Part shown: in pieces, positions 22,707-34,938 of the stretch
How the letters are laid out: every line of letters begins with the position of its first letter
How positions within the stretch are numbered: position 1 is the first letter of the stretch
NCBI GenBank assembly: GCA_031409275.1
Contig: JANNXA010000055.1
Location: 256,001 to 320,000 of the forward strand
Direction: 5' to 3'
Source of the DNA: Planctomycetota bacterium
GTDB lineage: Bacteria; Planctomycetota; B15-G4; SIAN01
Length of the DNA: 64,000 nucleotides
Notes under the pieces: generated by a model
Databases searched by the model: none
Seen by the model: the letters and a program-made list of their open reading frames with translations, nothing else
Told to the model about the DNA's origin: nothing
Program-made: the position numbers and the translations under genes

Positions 22707-23180
22707 ATGCCCACCTACGACTACCGCTGCAAGTCCTGCGCGCACACCTTCGAGCACTTCCAGTCGATCTCGTCGGGGCACCTGAAGAAGTGCCCGAGCT
22801 GCGGCAAGAACCGGCTCGAACGACTGATCGGACCGGGCGCCGGCCTCATCTTCAAAGGGTCCGGCTTCTACATCACCGACTACCGCTCGAACGACTATCA
22901 GGAGGCGGCGAAGAAGGACAGCGCTGGCGCGACGAGCGCCAAGCCGCCCGACCCGAAGCAAGGCGACGCGAAGCAAGGCGACGCGAAGCAGGGTGCCGCG
23001 AAGCCGGGCGAAGCAAAGACCGACGCCGCGACGACCAAGCCGAGCGGCGCGACCCCTCCCGCCGCCAACGGCGCGAACTCCTCGGCTCCCGCCGCGCCAC
23101 CTGCAACCCCACGTCCTTCGTCCGCCAAGCCGCAGGGTCGCACCTCGCCGGGCAAGAGTTCGACCCCGAAGAAGCGGTGA
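22707..23180 (+). CDS. FmdB-family zinc ribbon protein with low-complexity K/P/A tail
   Basis: MPTYDYRCKSC...CPSCG...LIFKGSGFYITDY. Confidence 0.9.
   Translation: MPTYDYRCKSCAHTFEHFQSISSGHLKKCPSCGKNRLERLIGPGAGLIFKGSGFYITDYRSNDYQEAAKKDSAGATSAKPPDPKQGDAKQGDAKQGAAKPGEAKTDAATTKPSGATPPAANGANSSAPAAPPATPRPSSAKPQGRTSPGKSSTPKKR
22941..23030 (+). repeat. Coding 15-bp tandem repeat (about 6 degenerate units)
   Basis: AAGCAAGGCGACGCG x2 plus variants encoding KPPDP KQGDA KQGDA KQGAA KPGEA KTDAA. Confidence 0.8.
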
Positions 23181-23191
23181 GTCGCGCGGCC

Positions 23192-23224
23192 GGCGACACC
23201 GAGAGTTTTCCAACGGGCTGCTAA
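23192..23224 (+). mobile_element. Solo right end of the MITE family found at 34779-34938
   Basis: GGCGACACCGAGAGTTTTCCAACGGGCTG-CTAA versus GGCGACACGGGGAGTTCTCCAACGGGCTG-CTAA at the 34.9 kb copy. Confidence 0.75.
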
Positions 23225-23236
23225 GCTCCCCCGCCC

Positions 23237-23989
23237 ATGAACGACGGAACGCTGCTTCGCCCTGTTTCCCTCCTGGCGGCACTGCTCCTGGCAGCCTGCC
23301 AGACACCGGCGCCGATCGAGGCGAACGTCGAGTTCCAGACCGAGCGCGGCATCGTGCGCGGCGTCTCGACCGAGGACGGCCTCTTCGCCTTGCGAGAGAT
23401 CGTCCCGACCACCGGTGAGGTGTCGTTCCGCTACCGGACCGGGAACGGCTTCTTCGACGATCGCGCCCGCCTCGTCCGGCAGAGCGACGTCCTCGCGCTG
23501 ATGGCGCCGATCTCCTCCAAACCGCATCTCGCCCGCTTCGCGATCTATCCCGCCGCGTATGACGACCGCCTCTTCGTCGAGGTCCGCACCGCCGATCGCG
23601 CCGACCTCCTCTCTTGCCATCTGTTCGACCTCGGCCGGCACGGCGACCTCGTCGTCCTCGACGAAGGCGACCTCGTCGACGTCGCCACGCGCTACTGCGG
23701 CGCCGGCCTCTTCGCCTGGCGCGAGGGAATGCTGCAACTGGTCGGGATCCTGAATGGCGTCTACAGCGAAGAACCGCCCGCGCTGGCGTTCATCGGTCTG
23801 GATGAGATGTCGACGCTGCTGCCGGAGACCTCCAACTTCTTCGAGCGACGCGCGCTGCCGTCGCGCGCCGACTTCGAATACGGCATCCCGCGCGACTTCG
23901 AGGGCGAGCGACCCTCGGTGTCGGACCCGCCGGTTCCAAGCGAGAAGTCATCCGCGCCAGCGAGCGATCCTCCGCGCGACGGGTCCTGA
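23237..23989 (+). CDS. Hypothetical lipoprotein
   Basis: Lipobox LLLAAC, coding-like GC3 bias. Confidence 0.7.
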   Translation: MNDGTLLRPVSLLAALLLAACQTPAPIEANVEFQTERGIVRGVSTEDGLFALREIVPTTGEVSFRYRTGNGFFDDRARLVRQSDVLALMAPISSKPHLARFAIYPAAYDDRLFVEVRTADRADLLSCHLFDLGRHGDLVVLDEGDLVDVATRYCGAGLFAWREGMLQLVGILNGVYSEEPPALAFIGLDEMSTLLPETSNFFERRALPSRADFEYGIPRDFEGERPSVSDPPVPSEKSSAPASDPPRDGS

Positions 23990-24027
23990 GCCTCTGCATC
24001 GATGGCGCGCCCGCCCGGGCGCGTCCA

Positions 24028-24057
24028 TTGACGCGCCGGGGCGCAGAGCGCTAGAAA
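24028..24057 (+). promoter_or_regulatory. Possible sigma70 promoter of the nuo cluster
   Basis: TTGACG-18 bp-TAGAAA about 110 bp upstream of nuoA. Confidence 0.35.
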
Positions 24058-24163
24058 ACCTCGCTCGTTTTTTGCGACGCCACACCGGCACCCGCGGATC
24101 GGTGGCGCGCTCCATCGCTGCGGATCGCGCCCGCGGCTCGCCGAGGACTTGGCCGTCCCAAAC

Positions 24164-24550
24164 ATGACTAGCGCCCCAGCGAGCGCCATCGAGAGCTACG
24201 TCCCGCTCTTCGTCCACGTCGCCGTGGTCGTCGCCGCCGTGTCAGCGCTGATCGTGGTGTCGCTGCTGCTTGGCCCGCGCCGCCGCACCGCCCCGAAGGG
24301 CATGCCGTACGAATCGGGCACCTCCTCGCCCGGCAGCGCGCGGCGACGCTTCTCGGTCCACTTCTATCTGGTGGCGATGCTCTTCATCTTGTTCGACGTC
24401 GAAGCGGTCTTCATGTTCGCCTGGGCGGTGCGCGCCAAGAGCCTTGGCATCGCCGGACTCGCGACCGTCGCGCTCTTCGTCGGAGTGCTCGGACTCGGTC
24501 TCGCCTACGCCTGGCGCAAGGGAGCGCTCGCGTGGGAAGTCGAAGCGTGA
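24164..24550 (+). CDS. nuoA: NADH-quinone oxidoreductase subunit A
   Basis: K..PYESG, RFSVHFYLVAMLFILFDVE, YAWRKGAL.W. Confidence 0.93.
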   Translation: MTSAPASAIESYVPLFVHVAVVVAAVSALIVVSLLLGPRRRTAPKGMPYESGTSSPGSARRRFSVHFYLVAMLFILFDVEAVFMFAWAVRAKSLGIAGLATVALFVGVLGLGLAYAWRKGALAWEVEA

Positions 24551-24569
24551 CAGCGCGGGGAGCACGACC

Positions 24570-25120
24570 GTGAGCGGATCCGGCGAAGCCGAGCCGAAGG
24601 TGCTGCCCGAGGGCATCCTCGCCGAGCTGCGCGCCCTGACGGCGCACTACCCGCAGAAGCGCGGCGCCTTGCTGCCGATCTTGAATCGTCTTCAAGAGTG
24701 GCGCGGCCATCTCGCGCCGGTCGACATGCGGCTCGCCGGCGAGCTCACCGGGGTCGCGCCGGCGGACGTCTTCAGCGTGGTGACCTTCTACACCATGTAT
24801 CGCCAGCGTCCGGCGGGACGCTTCCCGCTCGGCGTCTGCCGCAACATCGCCTGCTGGATCAATGGCAGCGAGCAGATCGTCGCGACGGTGAAGGATGAAC
24901 TCGGCATTGCGCCCGGCGAGACAACCGCCGACGGACGCTTCAGTCTCGAAGAGGTCGAATGCCTCGGCAGCTGCGGCACTGGCCCGTGCCTCGAGATCGA
25001 CAGCCGCTACTTCGAGAACCTCACGCCCGACAAGGTTCGAGCGTTGCTCGCCAGGCTCTCCCGCGCCGACGGCGATCGCAGCGCCGCGATCCTCGCTGCG
25101 CAGCGCGAGGAGCGCGCCTG

Positions 25121-25121
<1 letters not shown>
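24570..25121 (+). CDS. nuoE: NADH-quinone oxidoreductase subunit E
   Basis: GTG start after GGGAG; VVTFYTMY, CRNIAC, ECLGSC (2Fe-2S N1a). Confidence 0.92.
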
Positions 25122-26402
<1,281 letters not shown>

Positions 26403-26410
<8 letters not shown>

Positions 26411-27974
26411 GCTCACCATCGATGGGCGCAAGGTCGAAGTTCCGCCCGGAACGAACCTGATCGAGGCGGCGCGCAAGCTCGCCATCGAGATCCCCTACTA
26501 CTGCTACCACCCCGCGCTGGCGCCCGTCGGCAGCTGCCGCATGTGCCAGGTCGAGATCCTCGACGCCGGCAAGCCGCCGCGCGTCACCATCGCCTGCCGC
26601 ACCGAAGCGACCAACGGCCTGAACGTCTCGACCACCGGCAAGGATTGCGTCGCCGCGCGCGCGGCCACGCTCGAGTTCCTGCTGGCGAACCACCCGCTCG
26701 ACTGCCCGATCTGTGACAAGGCCGGCGAGTGCGACCTGCAGAACTTCACCTATCGCCACGGCAACGGCGTCGGCCGCTTCAGCGAACCCAAGCGCGACAA
26801 GCTGAAGCACGAGCCGATCGGCGACCACATCCTGCTCGATCAGGAGCGCTGCATCCTCTGCACGCGCTGCGTCCGCTTCATGGGCGAATACGCCAAGTCG
26901 CCGAGTCTCGTCGTCGCGGGCCGCGGCGATCGCAACGTCATCGCGATCTTCCCTGGCGAGCCGATCCACTCGAACTACGAGGGCAACCTCGCCGACATCT
27001 GCCCGGTCGGCGCGCTCACGTTGAAGGAGTTCCGCTTCAAGAGCCGCGTCTGGGACCTCGACACCGAGGAGTCGGTCTGCACCGGGTGCGACCGCAACTG
27101 CTCGATCCTGCTCGAGACCAAGCGCAACCGCCTGCTGCGCGTGCGCCCGCGCGTGAACCTGGCCGTCAACGGCCACTTCATGTGCGACAAGGGACGCTTC
27201 GGCCTGCTCGAGGCGTACAACCCGCAAGGACGCGAAGAGCTCGGATTCGTGAAGGGTGCGCGCGTCCCTGCCGCGCAAGCCGCCGCCGCGCTGGCCTCGA
27301 CGCTCACCGCCGAGCGCGGCAAGTGGCTGGTGATCCTCTCGGCGCGCCTCACCGCCGAAGAGCTGCTGCTCGCGAAGAGCGTGCTCGCGCCGCTCGCGCG
27401 CCAGCTCGCCTACGTGCCGACGTCGGCGACCGATGGCGACGGCATCCTCTACACGGGCCGCGCGGCCGCCAACGAGGAGGCGCTCGAGCGGCTTGGAATC
27501 GCGCCGCTCGCCGAGGAGGCCGCGACGAAGCTGCTTGCTGAGCCTGCGACGAGCGGGCTGCTCGCGTTCGATGCGACGCTCGCCGCGCGGCTGCTGGCCG
27601 GCGCCAAAGGCAAGCGACTGGCGCTGGTCGACGTGGTGCGCGACCGGGCGGCCGATGCCGCCGCGGCGCCGCTCGCCGCCGAGATCTTCGTGCCCGGCAC
27701 GCTCGCCAGCGAGAAGGATGGCACCTTCATCAACTTCGACGGCGTGCTGCAACGCGCCCGACGAGCGCAGCGCTGGCCGCAGGGCACCGTCGCGGAGACG
27801 GCGCTGCTCCAGGAGATCGCCGCCGCCGCGAAGCAGGAGCTCACCGCGTTCGCCCGCAAGCCGGACCTGACCTTCGCGCTGCTCGAAGCGCTCGGCCAAC
27901 CCGGCGCCACGCTCGCGCAGATCCCTGAGGACGGCTTGCGCCTCGCTCCGGCACTGGAGGCTGCGAAGGCATGA
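26403..27974 (+). CDS. nuoG: NADH-quinone oxidoreductase subunit G (short, 523 aa)
   Basis: CYHP..GSCRMC..C, HPLDCPICDKAGECDLQ, CILCTRC..CPVGAL, CTGCDRNC..C. Confidence 0.92.
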
Positions 27975-29053
27975 ACGCGCTGCTCTCCACCATGCTCGCA
28001 GCGACGACGCTGGCCGATCCGCTCTGGCTGACGCTGATCAAGTCGGTCGCGGTCTTCGGCATCACGATGACGCTGGTGCCGCTGCTGGTGCTGGCCGAGC
28101 GGCGCGTCTCCGCGTGGATGCAGTACCGCGTCGGCCCCAACCGCGTCGGCATCGGCGGCACGATGCAGCCGATGGCGGACCTCGTGAAGATGCTCTTCAA
28201 GGAGGAGTTGCGACCCGACGGCGTCCCGAACTTCCTGTTCACCGCCGCTCCGGCCATCGCCGCCACCTGCGCCCTGGCGATGATGGCGGTCGTCCCGTTC
28301 GGCGGCACGCTCGAGATCGGCGGACGCTCGATCCCGCTGGTCGTCGCCGACGTCGACATCGGCGTCCTTTGCGTGCTCGCCCTCTCCTCCATCGGCGTCT
28401 ACGGCATCACGCTCGGCGGCTGGGCCAGCAACAGCAAGTACAGCCTGCTCGGCGGGCTGCGCTCCTCCGCGCAGATGATCAGCTACGAGCTCACGCTCGG
28501 CATCACGTTGCTCTCGGTGCTGGTCGTCGCGAGCGGTGACAGTTTCGGCTCGTTCAAGCTCAGCGACCTGGTGTTGCGCCAGGCCGAGAGCGGCATCTGG
28601 AACTGCTTCAAGCTGCCGCTCGGCTTCGTGCTCTTCACCATCTCCGCGTTCGCCGAGACCAACCGCTTGCCGTTCGACCTGCCCGAAGCGGAGCCGGAGC
28701 TCGTCGGCGGCTACCACACCGAATACTCGTCGATGCGGTTCGGCCTCTTCTTCCTCGGCGAATACGCCGCGATGGTGGCAGGCTCCGCGGTGATCGTCTG
28801 CCTCTTCCTCGGCGGCTGGCACTTCCCGTTCGTGACCAAGGAGGCGGTCGTCGGTTGGGGCGGCGCGCTGACGCAGGTCGCCGTCTTCCTGACCAAGGTC
28901 CTCGCGTTCCTCTTCTTCTTCATCCACGTCCGCTGGACGTTGCCGCGCCTGCGCTACGACCAGCTGATGAACCTCGGCTGGAAGCTGATGCTCCCGCTGG
29001 CGCTGGTCAACCTGCTCTTCGCGGGCCTCGGCGCCGCGCTCGGGTGGTTCTGA
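27971..29053 (+). CDS. nuoH: NADH-quinone oxidoreductase subunit H
   Basis: ERRVSAWMQYRVGPNRVG, GWASNSKYSLLGGLR, AETNRLPFDLPEAE, RLRYDQLM. Confidence 0.96.
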   Translation: MNALLSTMLAATTLADPLWLTLIKSVAVFGITMTLVPLLVLAERRVSAWMQYRVGPNRVGIGGTMQPMADLVKMLFKEELRPDGVPNFLFTAAPAIAATCALAMMAVVPFGGTLEIGGRSIPLVVADVDIGVLCVLALSSIGVYGITLGGWASNSKYSLLGGLRSSAQMISYELTLGITLLSVLVVASGDSFGSFKLSDLVLRQAESGIWNCFKLPLGFVLFTISAFAETNRLPFDLPEAEPELVGGYHTEYSSMRFGLFFLGEYAAMVAGSAVIVCLFLGGWHFPFVTKEAVVGWGGALTQVAVFLTKVLAFLFFFIHVRWTLPRLRYDQLMNLGWKLMLPLALVNLLFAGLGAALGWF

Positions 29054-29087
29054 CGACGGTGGCGGTGGCGGTGTTACTGAGGACAGC

Positions 29088-29606
29088 GTGCTGAGCGAAA
29101 CGACCGCATTCCTGATCTTCTCGGCCATCGCGCTCGTTGGCGCGGTGCAAGTCGTGACGCGCCGCAATCCGGTGCACGCCGCGCTGTGGCTGGTCGGCGC
29201 CTTCCTCGGCGTCGCCGGCCTCTTCCTGACGCTGGGCGCCGGTCTTCTCGGCGCGATCCAAGTGATGGTCTACGCCGGCGCGATCATGGTGCTGTTCCTG
29301 TTCGTGATCCTGCTGCTCAACCTCGACGCCACGCCCTACGAAGGGCTGTCGGTGGCGCGCGGCGCATCGCTCTTCGTGGCCGCCGCGACGGTGGCGCTGA
29401 TCGCCGTCCCGTTCGCGCAGGCAGGAGAGCTGAAGGCGGCGGCGACCGCCGATGCTCCCGATCTGCCCGCCACCGCCGGCAACGTCGCCAACGTCCTCTT
29501 CACCCAATACGCCCTCCCCTTCGAGGTCGTCTCCCTGTTGCTCCTGATCGCGATGGTCGGCGCCATCCACCTGGCGCGCCGTACTCGCCGCGACGAGCCG
29601 GTCTGA
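29088..29606 (+). CDS. nuoJ: NADH-quinone oxidoreductase subunit J
   Basis: [35 protein letters not shown]. Confidence 0.94.
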   Translation: MLSETTAFLIFSAIALVGAVQVVTRRNPVHAALWLVGAFLGVAGLFLTLGAGLLGAIQVMVYAGAIMVLFLFVILLLNLDATPYEGLSVARGASLFVAAATVALIAVPFAQAGELKAAATADAPDLPATAGNVANVLFTQYALPFEVVSLLLLIAMVGAIHLARRTRRDEPV

Positions 29607-29631
29607 CGCGCAACGAAGGAGCCGCTTCACG

Positions 29632-29934
29632 ATGGTCCCGCAAGCCTGGTACTTCCTCCTCTCCGCGCTGCTCTTCGGACTCGGCGTCGCCGGTTTCGCA
29701 GCGCGGCGCAACACGCTGGTCATGTTCATGAGCGTCGAACTCATGCTGAACGCGGCGAACCTCGTCTTCATCGCCGGCGCGCGCGACTACCTGCCCGCGC
29801 GCGGCAGCGCCTGCGCGCTCTTCGTGATCGCGGTCGCCGCCGCGGAGGTGGCGGTCGGCCTCGCCCTGGTGCTGGCCATCTTCCGCCTGAAGAAGAGCGT
29901 CGTGGCCGACGACGTACGGGAGCTGCGGGCATGA
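29632..29934 (+). CDS. nuoK: NADH-quinone oxidoreductase subunit K
   Basis: [24 protein letters not shown]. Confidence 0.95.
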   Translation: MVPQAWYFLLSALLFGLGVAGFAARRNTLVMFMSVELMLNAANLVFIAGARDYLPARGSACALFVIAVAAAEVAVGLALVLAIFRLKKSVVADDVRELRA

Positions 29935-31841
29935 ACCTGGTGGCCGCGCTGCTCCTCGCCCTGCCGCTTGCGATGGCGGCGGTCCTCGGCCTCTTCGGCC
30001 GTCGCCTCCACGGCAAGCTGCCGGGCGTGCTCGCCTTCGGCATGGCGGCGAGCTGCTTTGGCCTCGCGGTCGCCGCGTTCCTCCACCTGCGCGGGCTTCC
30101 CGAGCACGCGCGCTTCGTCGAGGCGAGCTTCTGGCGCTGGATGGACCTCGGGGTCGGGGACAGCCGCCTCGCGCTCGACGTCGGCGTCTACCTCGATCCG
30201 CTTTCGGTGACCTGGACGCTCTTCATCACCGGCGTCGGCAGCCTGATCTTCCTCTACTCGATCGCCTACATGGAGCACGAGGAGGGCGCCTGGCGCTACT
30301 TCTCGTACCTCTGCCTCTTCCTCTTCTCGATGCTGATCCTGGTGCTGGGCGAGAACCTCGTCCTCACCTTCCTGGGCTGGGAAGGGGTCGGCCTCTGCTC
30401 CTACCTGCTGATCGGCTTCGACTACGGCAAAGAGATCGCGGCGCGCGCCGGCCGCAAGGCGTTCATCGTCAACCGCATCGGTGACGTCGGCTTCCTCATC
30501 GGCATGTTCTGGACCTGGAAGCTCTTCGGCACGCTCGGCCATGGCGAGATGAAGCCGCTGATGGCGGCGGCGGCGACGGTGCCCCCACTCCTGGCGCTCG
30601 GCTACTTCGTCGGCGCCTGCGGCAAGTCGGCGCAGCTGCCGCTGTTCGTCTGGCTGCCCGACGCGATGGCGGGCCCGACGCCGGTCTCCGCGCTGATCCA
30701 CGCCGCCACCATGGTGACGGCCGGGATCTACCTCGTGCTGCGCCTCTCGCCGCTCTTCGTCGCGGCCGATTGGGCGCTCGACGTGGTGGCGTGGGTCGGC
30801 GCCGCCACGGCGCTCTTCGCCGGCTTGATCGCGCTGCGACAGCGCGACATCAAGCGCGTGCTCGCCTACTCGACCGTGAGCCAGCTCGGCTACATGTTCC
30901 TCGCCTGCGGACTCGGCGCCTTCGGTGCCGCGGCATTCCACGTGATCACGCACGCCTTCTTCAAGGCGCTGCTCTTCCTCGGCTCCGGTGCCGTGATCCA
31001 CGCGCTCCACGGCGAGCAGGACCTCTGGAAGATGGGCGGCCTCAAGCACCATCTGCCCAAGACGGCGCGCGCGATGACGGTCGGCGCCTTCGCGCTGGCG
31101 GGGATCTTCCCGTTCGCCGGCTTCTTCTCGAAGGACGAGATCCTCGGCGTCGCGTTCGCGCAAGGCTACGCCGGCCACACCAGTCGCTACGTGCTGTGGG
31201 GCATGGGGGTCCTCACCGCAGCGCTGACCGCGTTCTACACCGCCCGCATGATGACGCTCTGCTTCGGCGGCACCAGCCGCGTCGACCCCCACCTCCATCC
31301 GCACGAAGCGCCGGCGCCGATGGCGATCGCGCTTCAGGTGCTGATGGTGCTGTCGATCGTCGGCGGCGTGGGGCTCGGCTTCGAGGCGCTGCATTGGATG
31401 CCGCTGCACCGCTGGATCGACCCCGTGCTTGCGGCCGCGCCGCACCCCGCTCATCTGCCCGCAGCGCTCAACTGGGGCCTGATGGCGCTCGCGATGATGA
31501 TCGCGGTGCTGGCATGGCGGATCGGCGCCAAGTGGTACGGCGGCGACTTCGCGCCGGCGCGCCAGGCGGAACTGACCGCACCGCGCCTCGCGAAGGTGTT
31601 GCTCGGCCGCTTCTACGTCGACGAGATCTACGCGGCGCTCATCGTGCGCCCGCTGCGCTTCCTTGCGGAGCTATGCCTCGAGTTCGATCGGCGCGTGGTC
31701 GACGGCCTCTTCCGCGGCGCCGGTCAATTGAGCGCGCTGCTCGCCACCGGAGTTCGCCTGGCGCAGAACGGCGTCGTGCACGTCTACGCGTTCTGGATGC
31801 TGGTGGGCGCCGTCATCCTCCTCACCCTGGCGCTGAAGTGA
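29931..31841 (+). CDS. nuoL: NADH-quinone oxidoreductase subunit L
   Basis: [54 protein letters not shown]. Confidence 0.96.
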   Translation: MNLVAALLLALPLAMAAVLGLFGRRLHGKLPGVLAFGMAASCFGLAVAAFLHLRGLPEHARFVEASFWRWMDLGVGDSRLALDVGVYLDPLSVTWTLFITGVGSLIFLYSIAYMEHEEGAWRYFSYLCLFLFSMLILVLGENLVLTFLGWEGVGLCSYLLIGFDYGKEIAARAGRKAFIVNRIGDVGFLIGMFWTWKLFGTLGHGEMKPLMAAAATVPPLLALGYFVGACGKSAQLPLFVWLPDAMAGPTPVSALIHAATMVTAGIYLVLRLSPLFVAADWALDVVAWVGAATALFAGLIALRQRDIKRVLAYSTVSQLGYMFLACGLGAFGAAAFHVITHAFFKALLFLGSGAVIHALHGEQDLWKMGGLKHHLPKTARAMTVGAFALAGIFPFAGFFSKDEILGVAFAQGYAGHTSRYVLWGMGVLTAALTAFYTARMMTLCFGGTSRVDPHLHPHEAPAPMAIALQVLMVLSIVGGVGLGFEALHWMPLHRWIDPVLAAAPHPAHLPAALNWGLMALAMMIAVLAWRIGAKWYGGDFAPARQAELTAPRLAKVLLGRFYVDEIYAALIVRPLRFLAELCLEFDRRVVDGLFRGAGQLSALLATGVRLAQNGVVHVYAFWMLVGAVILLTLALK

Positions 31842-31860
31842 ACGCGCGCGGAGCCTGCTG

Positions 31861-33333
31861 ATGAACGATCTGCTCCTCGCCGGCGTGATCCTCGGCCCGC
31901 TCGCGGCGGCGCTGCTGATCGCGCTGTGGCCGCGGCTCGCGCCCGAGCCCGCACGACTCCTCACGTTGCTGGTGACGGTCGCCACCTTCGCCGCTTCGCT
32001 GCCGCTGCTGCTGACCGACCTCGGCGGCGGGATGACGCACCAGCTCGACGTGCCGTGGATCGCCGCGCTTGGCATCCGCTTTCATCTCGGCGTCGACGGC
32101 ATCTCCGCTCCGCTCGTCGTGCTGACCACGTTGCTGATGCCGCTGGTGGTGCTGGCCTCCTACGGACACGTCCACGATCGCGTGCGGCAGTACTGCGTCC
32201 TGCTGCTGGCCATGGAAGCGGGGATGATCGGCGTCTTCGCCGCGCTCGACCTCGTGCTCTTCTACGTCTTCTTCGAGATGAGCCTGATCCCGCTCTATCT
32301 GGTGATCGGCATCTACGGCGGCGCGCGCCGCACCTACGCCGCGCTCAAGTTCGTCCTCTTCACGGTGGCCGGCTCGCTGCTCCTGCTGCTCGGCATCCTC
32401 TACGTGATGCACGCGACCGGCAGCGCCGACTTCGCGGCGCTGCGCCGCGCGACGCTCAGCGTGCGCGAGCAGGCGTGGCTGTTCGCCGCCTTCGCCGCCG
32501 CCTTCTGCGTGAAGGTGCCGCTGGTTCCGTTCCACACCTGGCTGCCCGATGCGCACGTCGAGGCGCCGACGGGCGGCTCGGTGATCCTGGCTGGCGTGAC
32601 CCTCAAGATGGGCACCTACGGCCTGCTGCGCTTCTGCCTACCGCTCTTCCCGGCGGCGAGCGTCGAGCACGCGCCGTTGCTGCTGACGCTGGCGGTGGTC
32701 GGCATCCTCTACGGCGCGCTGCTGGCCTGGGCGCAGACCGACTTGAAGAAGATCATCGCCTACTCGTCGGTGAGCCACCTCGGCTTCGTCGTGCTCGGGA
32801 TCTTCGCGATGCAGTCGACCGCCGCCACCGGGGCGACGCTGCAGATGATCAACCACGGACTCTCGACCGGCGCGCTCTTCCTGTTGATCGGGATGATCTA
32901 CGAGCGTGCCCACACCCGGCAGCTCGCCGACTTCGGCGGCCTGGCGCGCACGATGCCGCGCTTCGCGATCTGCCTGGTCTTCGCGACGCTCTCGTCGATC
33001 GGACTGCCCGGCCTGAACGGCTTCATCGGAGAGTTCCTGATCCTGATCGGCACGTGGCGCGACCATGCGCTCGCCGCGAGCCTCGCCTCGCTCGGCGTCC
33101 TGCTCGGCGCGATCTACATGCTCGGGCTGGTGAAGGGGCTGCTGTTCGGACCGGTCGTCCACCCGAAGACGGCGACCTGGCGCGACTTGAACCTGCGCGA
33201 GATGCTCACGCTGGCGCCGCTGTTCGCGCTGATGATCGCGTTGGGATTCGCGCCGCGGCCGCTGCTGAAGCGCATCGAACCGGCCGTCGAGCGGATGCTC
33301 GAAGCGCCGCGCCTTGCGATCGAGGGGAAGTGA
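31861..33333 (+). CDS. nuoM: NADH-quinone oxidoreductase subunit M
   Basis: FYVFFE, KVPLVPFHTWLPDAHVEAP, LKMGTYG, AYSSVSHLG. Confidence 0.96.
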   Translation: MNDLLLAGVILGPLAAALLIALWPRLAPEPARLLTLLVTVATFAASLPLLLTDLGGGMTHQLDVPWIAALGIRFHLGVDGISAPLVVLTTLLMPLVVLASYGHVHDRVRQYCVLLLAMEAGMIGVFAALDLVLFYVFFEMSLIPLYLVIGIYGGARRTYAALKFVLFTVAGSLLLLLGILYVMHATGSADFAALRRATLSVREQAWLFAAFAAAFCVKVPLVPFHTWLPDAHVEAPTGGSVILAGVTLKMGTYGLLRFCLPLFPAASVEHAPLLLTLAVVGILYGALLAWAQTDLKKIIAYSSVSHLGFVVLGIFAMQSTAATGATLQMINHGLSTGALFLLIGMIYERAHTRQLADFGGLARTMPRFAICLVFATLSSIGLPGLNGFIGEFLILIGTWRDHALAASLASLGVLLGAIYMLGLVKGLLFGPVVHPKTATWRDLNLREMLTLAPLFALMIALGFAPRPLLKRIEPAVERMLEAPRLAIEGK

Positions 33334-34778
33334 TGGACGTCGCCGCCGACCTCGCCGCCACCGCGCCGTTATGGCTGCCGATGGTCGGCTGCCTTGCGGT
33401 GCTGCTGGCGGAGACGCTGTCGCCGAACCGCACCGGCAAGTTGCCGGCACTCCTCGCAGGCGCGACCCTGGCGCTGGCGCTGGTGCGTCTGGCGACGACG
33501 AGTCCGACCTCGCGCCAGCCCTTCGGCGTGCTCGCGGATGACGCGCTCGCTCGCTCGTTGACCGGGCTCTTGCTGGTGATCGGGCTCGCCGTCGTCGTGA
33601 TGGCCGAGCCGCTGCTCGAGCGCCTCGCGCTGGCGCGCGGCGAGTTCTTCGCGCTGATGCTGGCGTCGCTGTCCGGCATGGTGCTGCTGGTCGCGGCGCG
33701 CGACCTGCTGGTGCTGTTCCTCGCGATCGAGCTGCTGTCGATCCCGCTCTATGTGCTGGCCGCGTTCCGCCGGCTGTCGAGCCCATCGCTCGAGAGCGGC
33801 TTCAAGTACTTCCTGCTCGGCGCGTTCGCCTCGGGCTTCCTCGTCTACGGCATCGCGCTGCTCTTCTCGACCGTCGGCGACACCCGTTACTCCGCGCTCG
33901 CGGCGCTCTCGCGCGACCCGGCCCATCTGGGAACGGTCTGGAACGTCGGCTGCGCGATGTTGCTGGTCGGGCTCGGCTTCAAGGTGGCCGCGGCGCCGTT
34001 CCACGCCTGGACGCCCGACGTCTACCAGGGCGCGCCGACACCCGTGACCGCGTTCATGGCGGCCGGAGTGAAGACCGCGGCGTTCGGCGCCCTGCTGCGC
34101 CTCGCCATCGAGATCCTGCCCGACACCGCTTCGCTGCGCACCGGGATCGCGGTGCTCGCCTGCATCAGCATGGTGGTCGGCAACCTCGGCGCGCTGATGC
34201 AGACGAACCTGAAGCGACTGCTCGCCTGGTCGTCGATCGCGCACGCCGGCTATCTGCTGGTCGGCATCCTCGCGGTGGTGGCGGGCGCCGAGGCCGCGGC
34301 GCGCGACGCCGTCGTCTTCTACCTCGCCTCCTACTCGCTCACGACGCTCGCGGCATTCGCCTGGATCGAGCACCTCGGCCGCGAAACGCCGGCGCTGCAG
34401 GACCTGCGCGCGCTGAAAGGGCTGGCGCGCCAACGACCATGGCTCGCGCTGGCGCTGACGCTCTGCTTCCTGTCGCTCGCCGGGGTGCCGCTGACCGCAG
34501 GATTCCTCGGCAAGTACTTCGTGCTGAAGGCCGCATTCGAGCTCGGCACCGCGCTGCTGGTGCCGATGATCGTGCTGGCGCTGACGTCCGTGATCGCGCT
34601 TGGCTACTACCTGCGCGTGCTCGCGACGCTCTACATGGAGCGACCGGCCAACGAGGATGCGCCGGCGCCGCTGCTGTTCGCGCCGGCCGGGCTCGCGCTG
34701 CTGACGGCAGTGGCCAGCGGCGCCCTGCTCCTGTTCGGAATGTGGCCGGCGCCGCTGCTGCGCTGGCTCGCCTCCTAA
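33333..34778 (+). CDS. nuoN: NADH-quinone oxidoreductase subunit N
   Basis: ATG 33333 overlaps the nuoM stop; ESGFKYFLLGAF, FKVAAAPFHAWTPDVYQGAPTP, KRLLAWSSIAHAGY. Confidence 0.95.
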   Translation: MDVAADLAATAPLWLPMVGCLAVLLAETLSPNRTGKLPALLAGATLALALVRLATTSPTSRQPFGVLADDALARSLTGLLLVIGLAVVVMAEPLLERLALARGEFFALMLASLSGMVLLVAARDLLVLFLAIELLSIPLYVLAAFRRLSSPSLESGFKYFLLGAFASGFLVYGIALLFSTVGDTRYSALAALSRDPAHLGTVWNVGCAMLLVGLGFKVAAAPFHAWTPDVYQGAPTPVTAFMAAGVKTAAFGALLRLAIEILPDTASLRTGIAVLACISMVVGNLGALMQTNLKRLLAWSSIAHAGYLLVGILAVVAGAEAAARDAVVFYLASYSLTTLAAFAWIEHLGRETPALQDLRALKGLARQRPWLALALTLCFLSLAGVPLTAGFLGKYFVLKAAFELGTALLVPMIVLALTSVIALGYYLRVLATLYMERPANEDAPAPLLFAPAGLALLTAVASGALLLFGMWPAPLLRWLAS

Positions 34779-34938
34779 CAGCCCGTTGGAGAAGTCACCG
34801 CGAGTCTGGCGAGCGGATTTCGAGTCGGAACGAGGAGGAGGTTCGAAGCCAACTCCCCTGTGAGTTGTCGAGAGACTCCGACGAAGTAGCGGCTTGAAAG
34901 ACGCCGCCAGGCGACACGGGGAGTTCTCCAACGGGCTG
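34779..34938. mobile_element. MITE, 160 bp
   Basis: Perfect 15-bp TIR CAGCCCGTTGGAGAA / TTCTCCAACGGGCTG; CTAA direct repeat on both sides (34775-34778, 34939-34942); no transposase. Confidence 0.85.

Noticed and set aside
31926..34778. Apparent long N-terminal extensions or fusions in the ORF track (950-aa NuoN, 1010-aa vWA, 765-aa GroEL, 934-aa MFS)
   Set aside because: The true starts lie downstream, supported by RBS or stop-start overlaps; the extensions are off-frame reads of neighbouring genes or intergenic DNA
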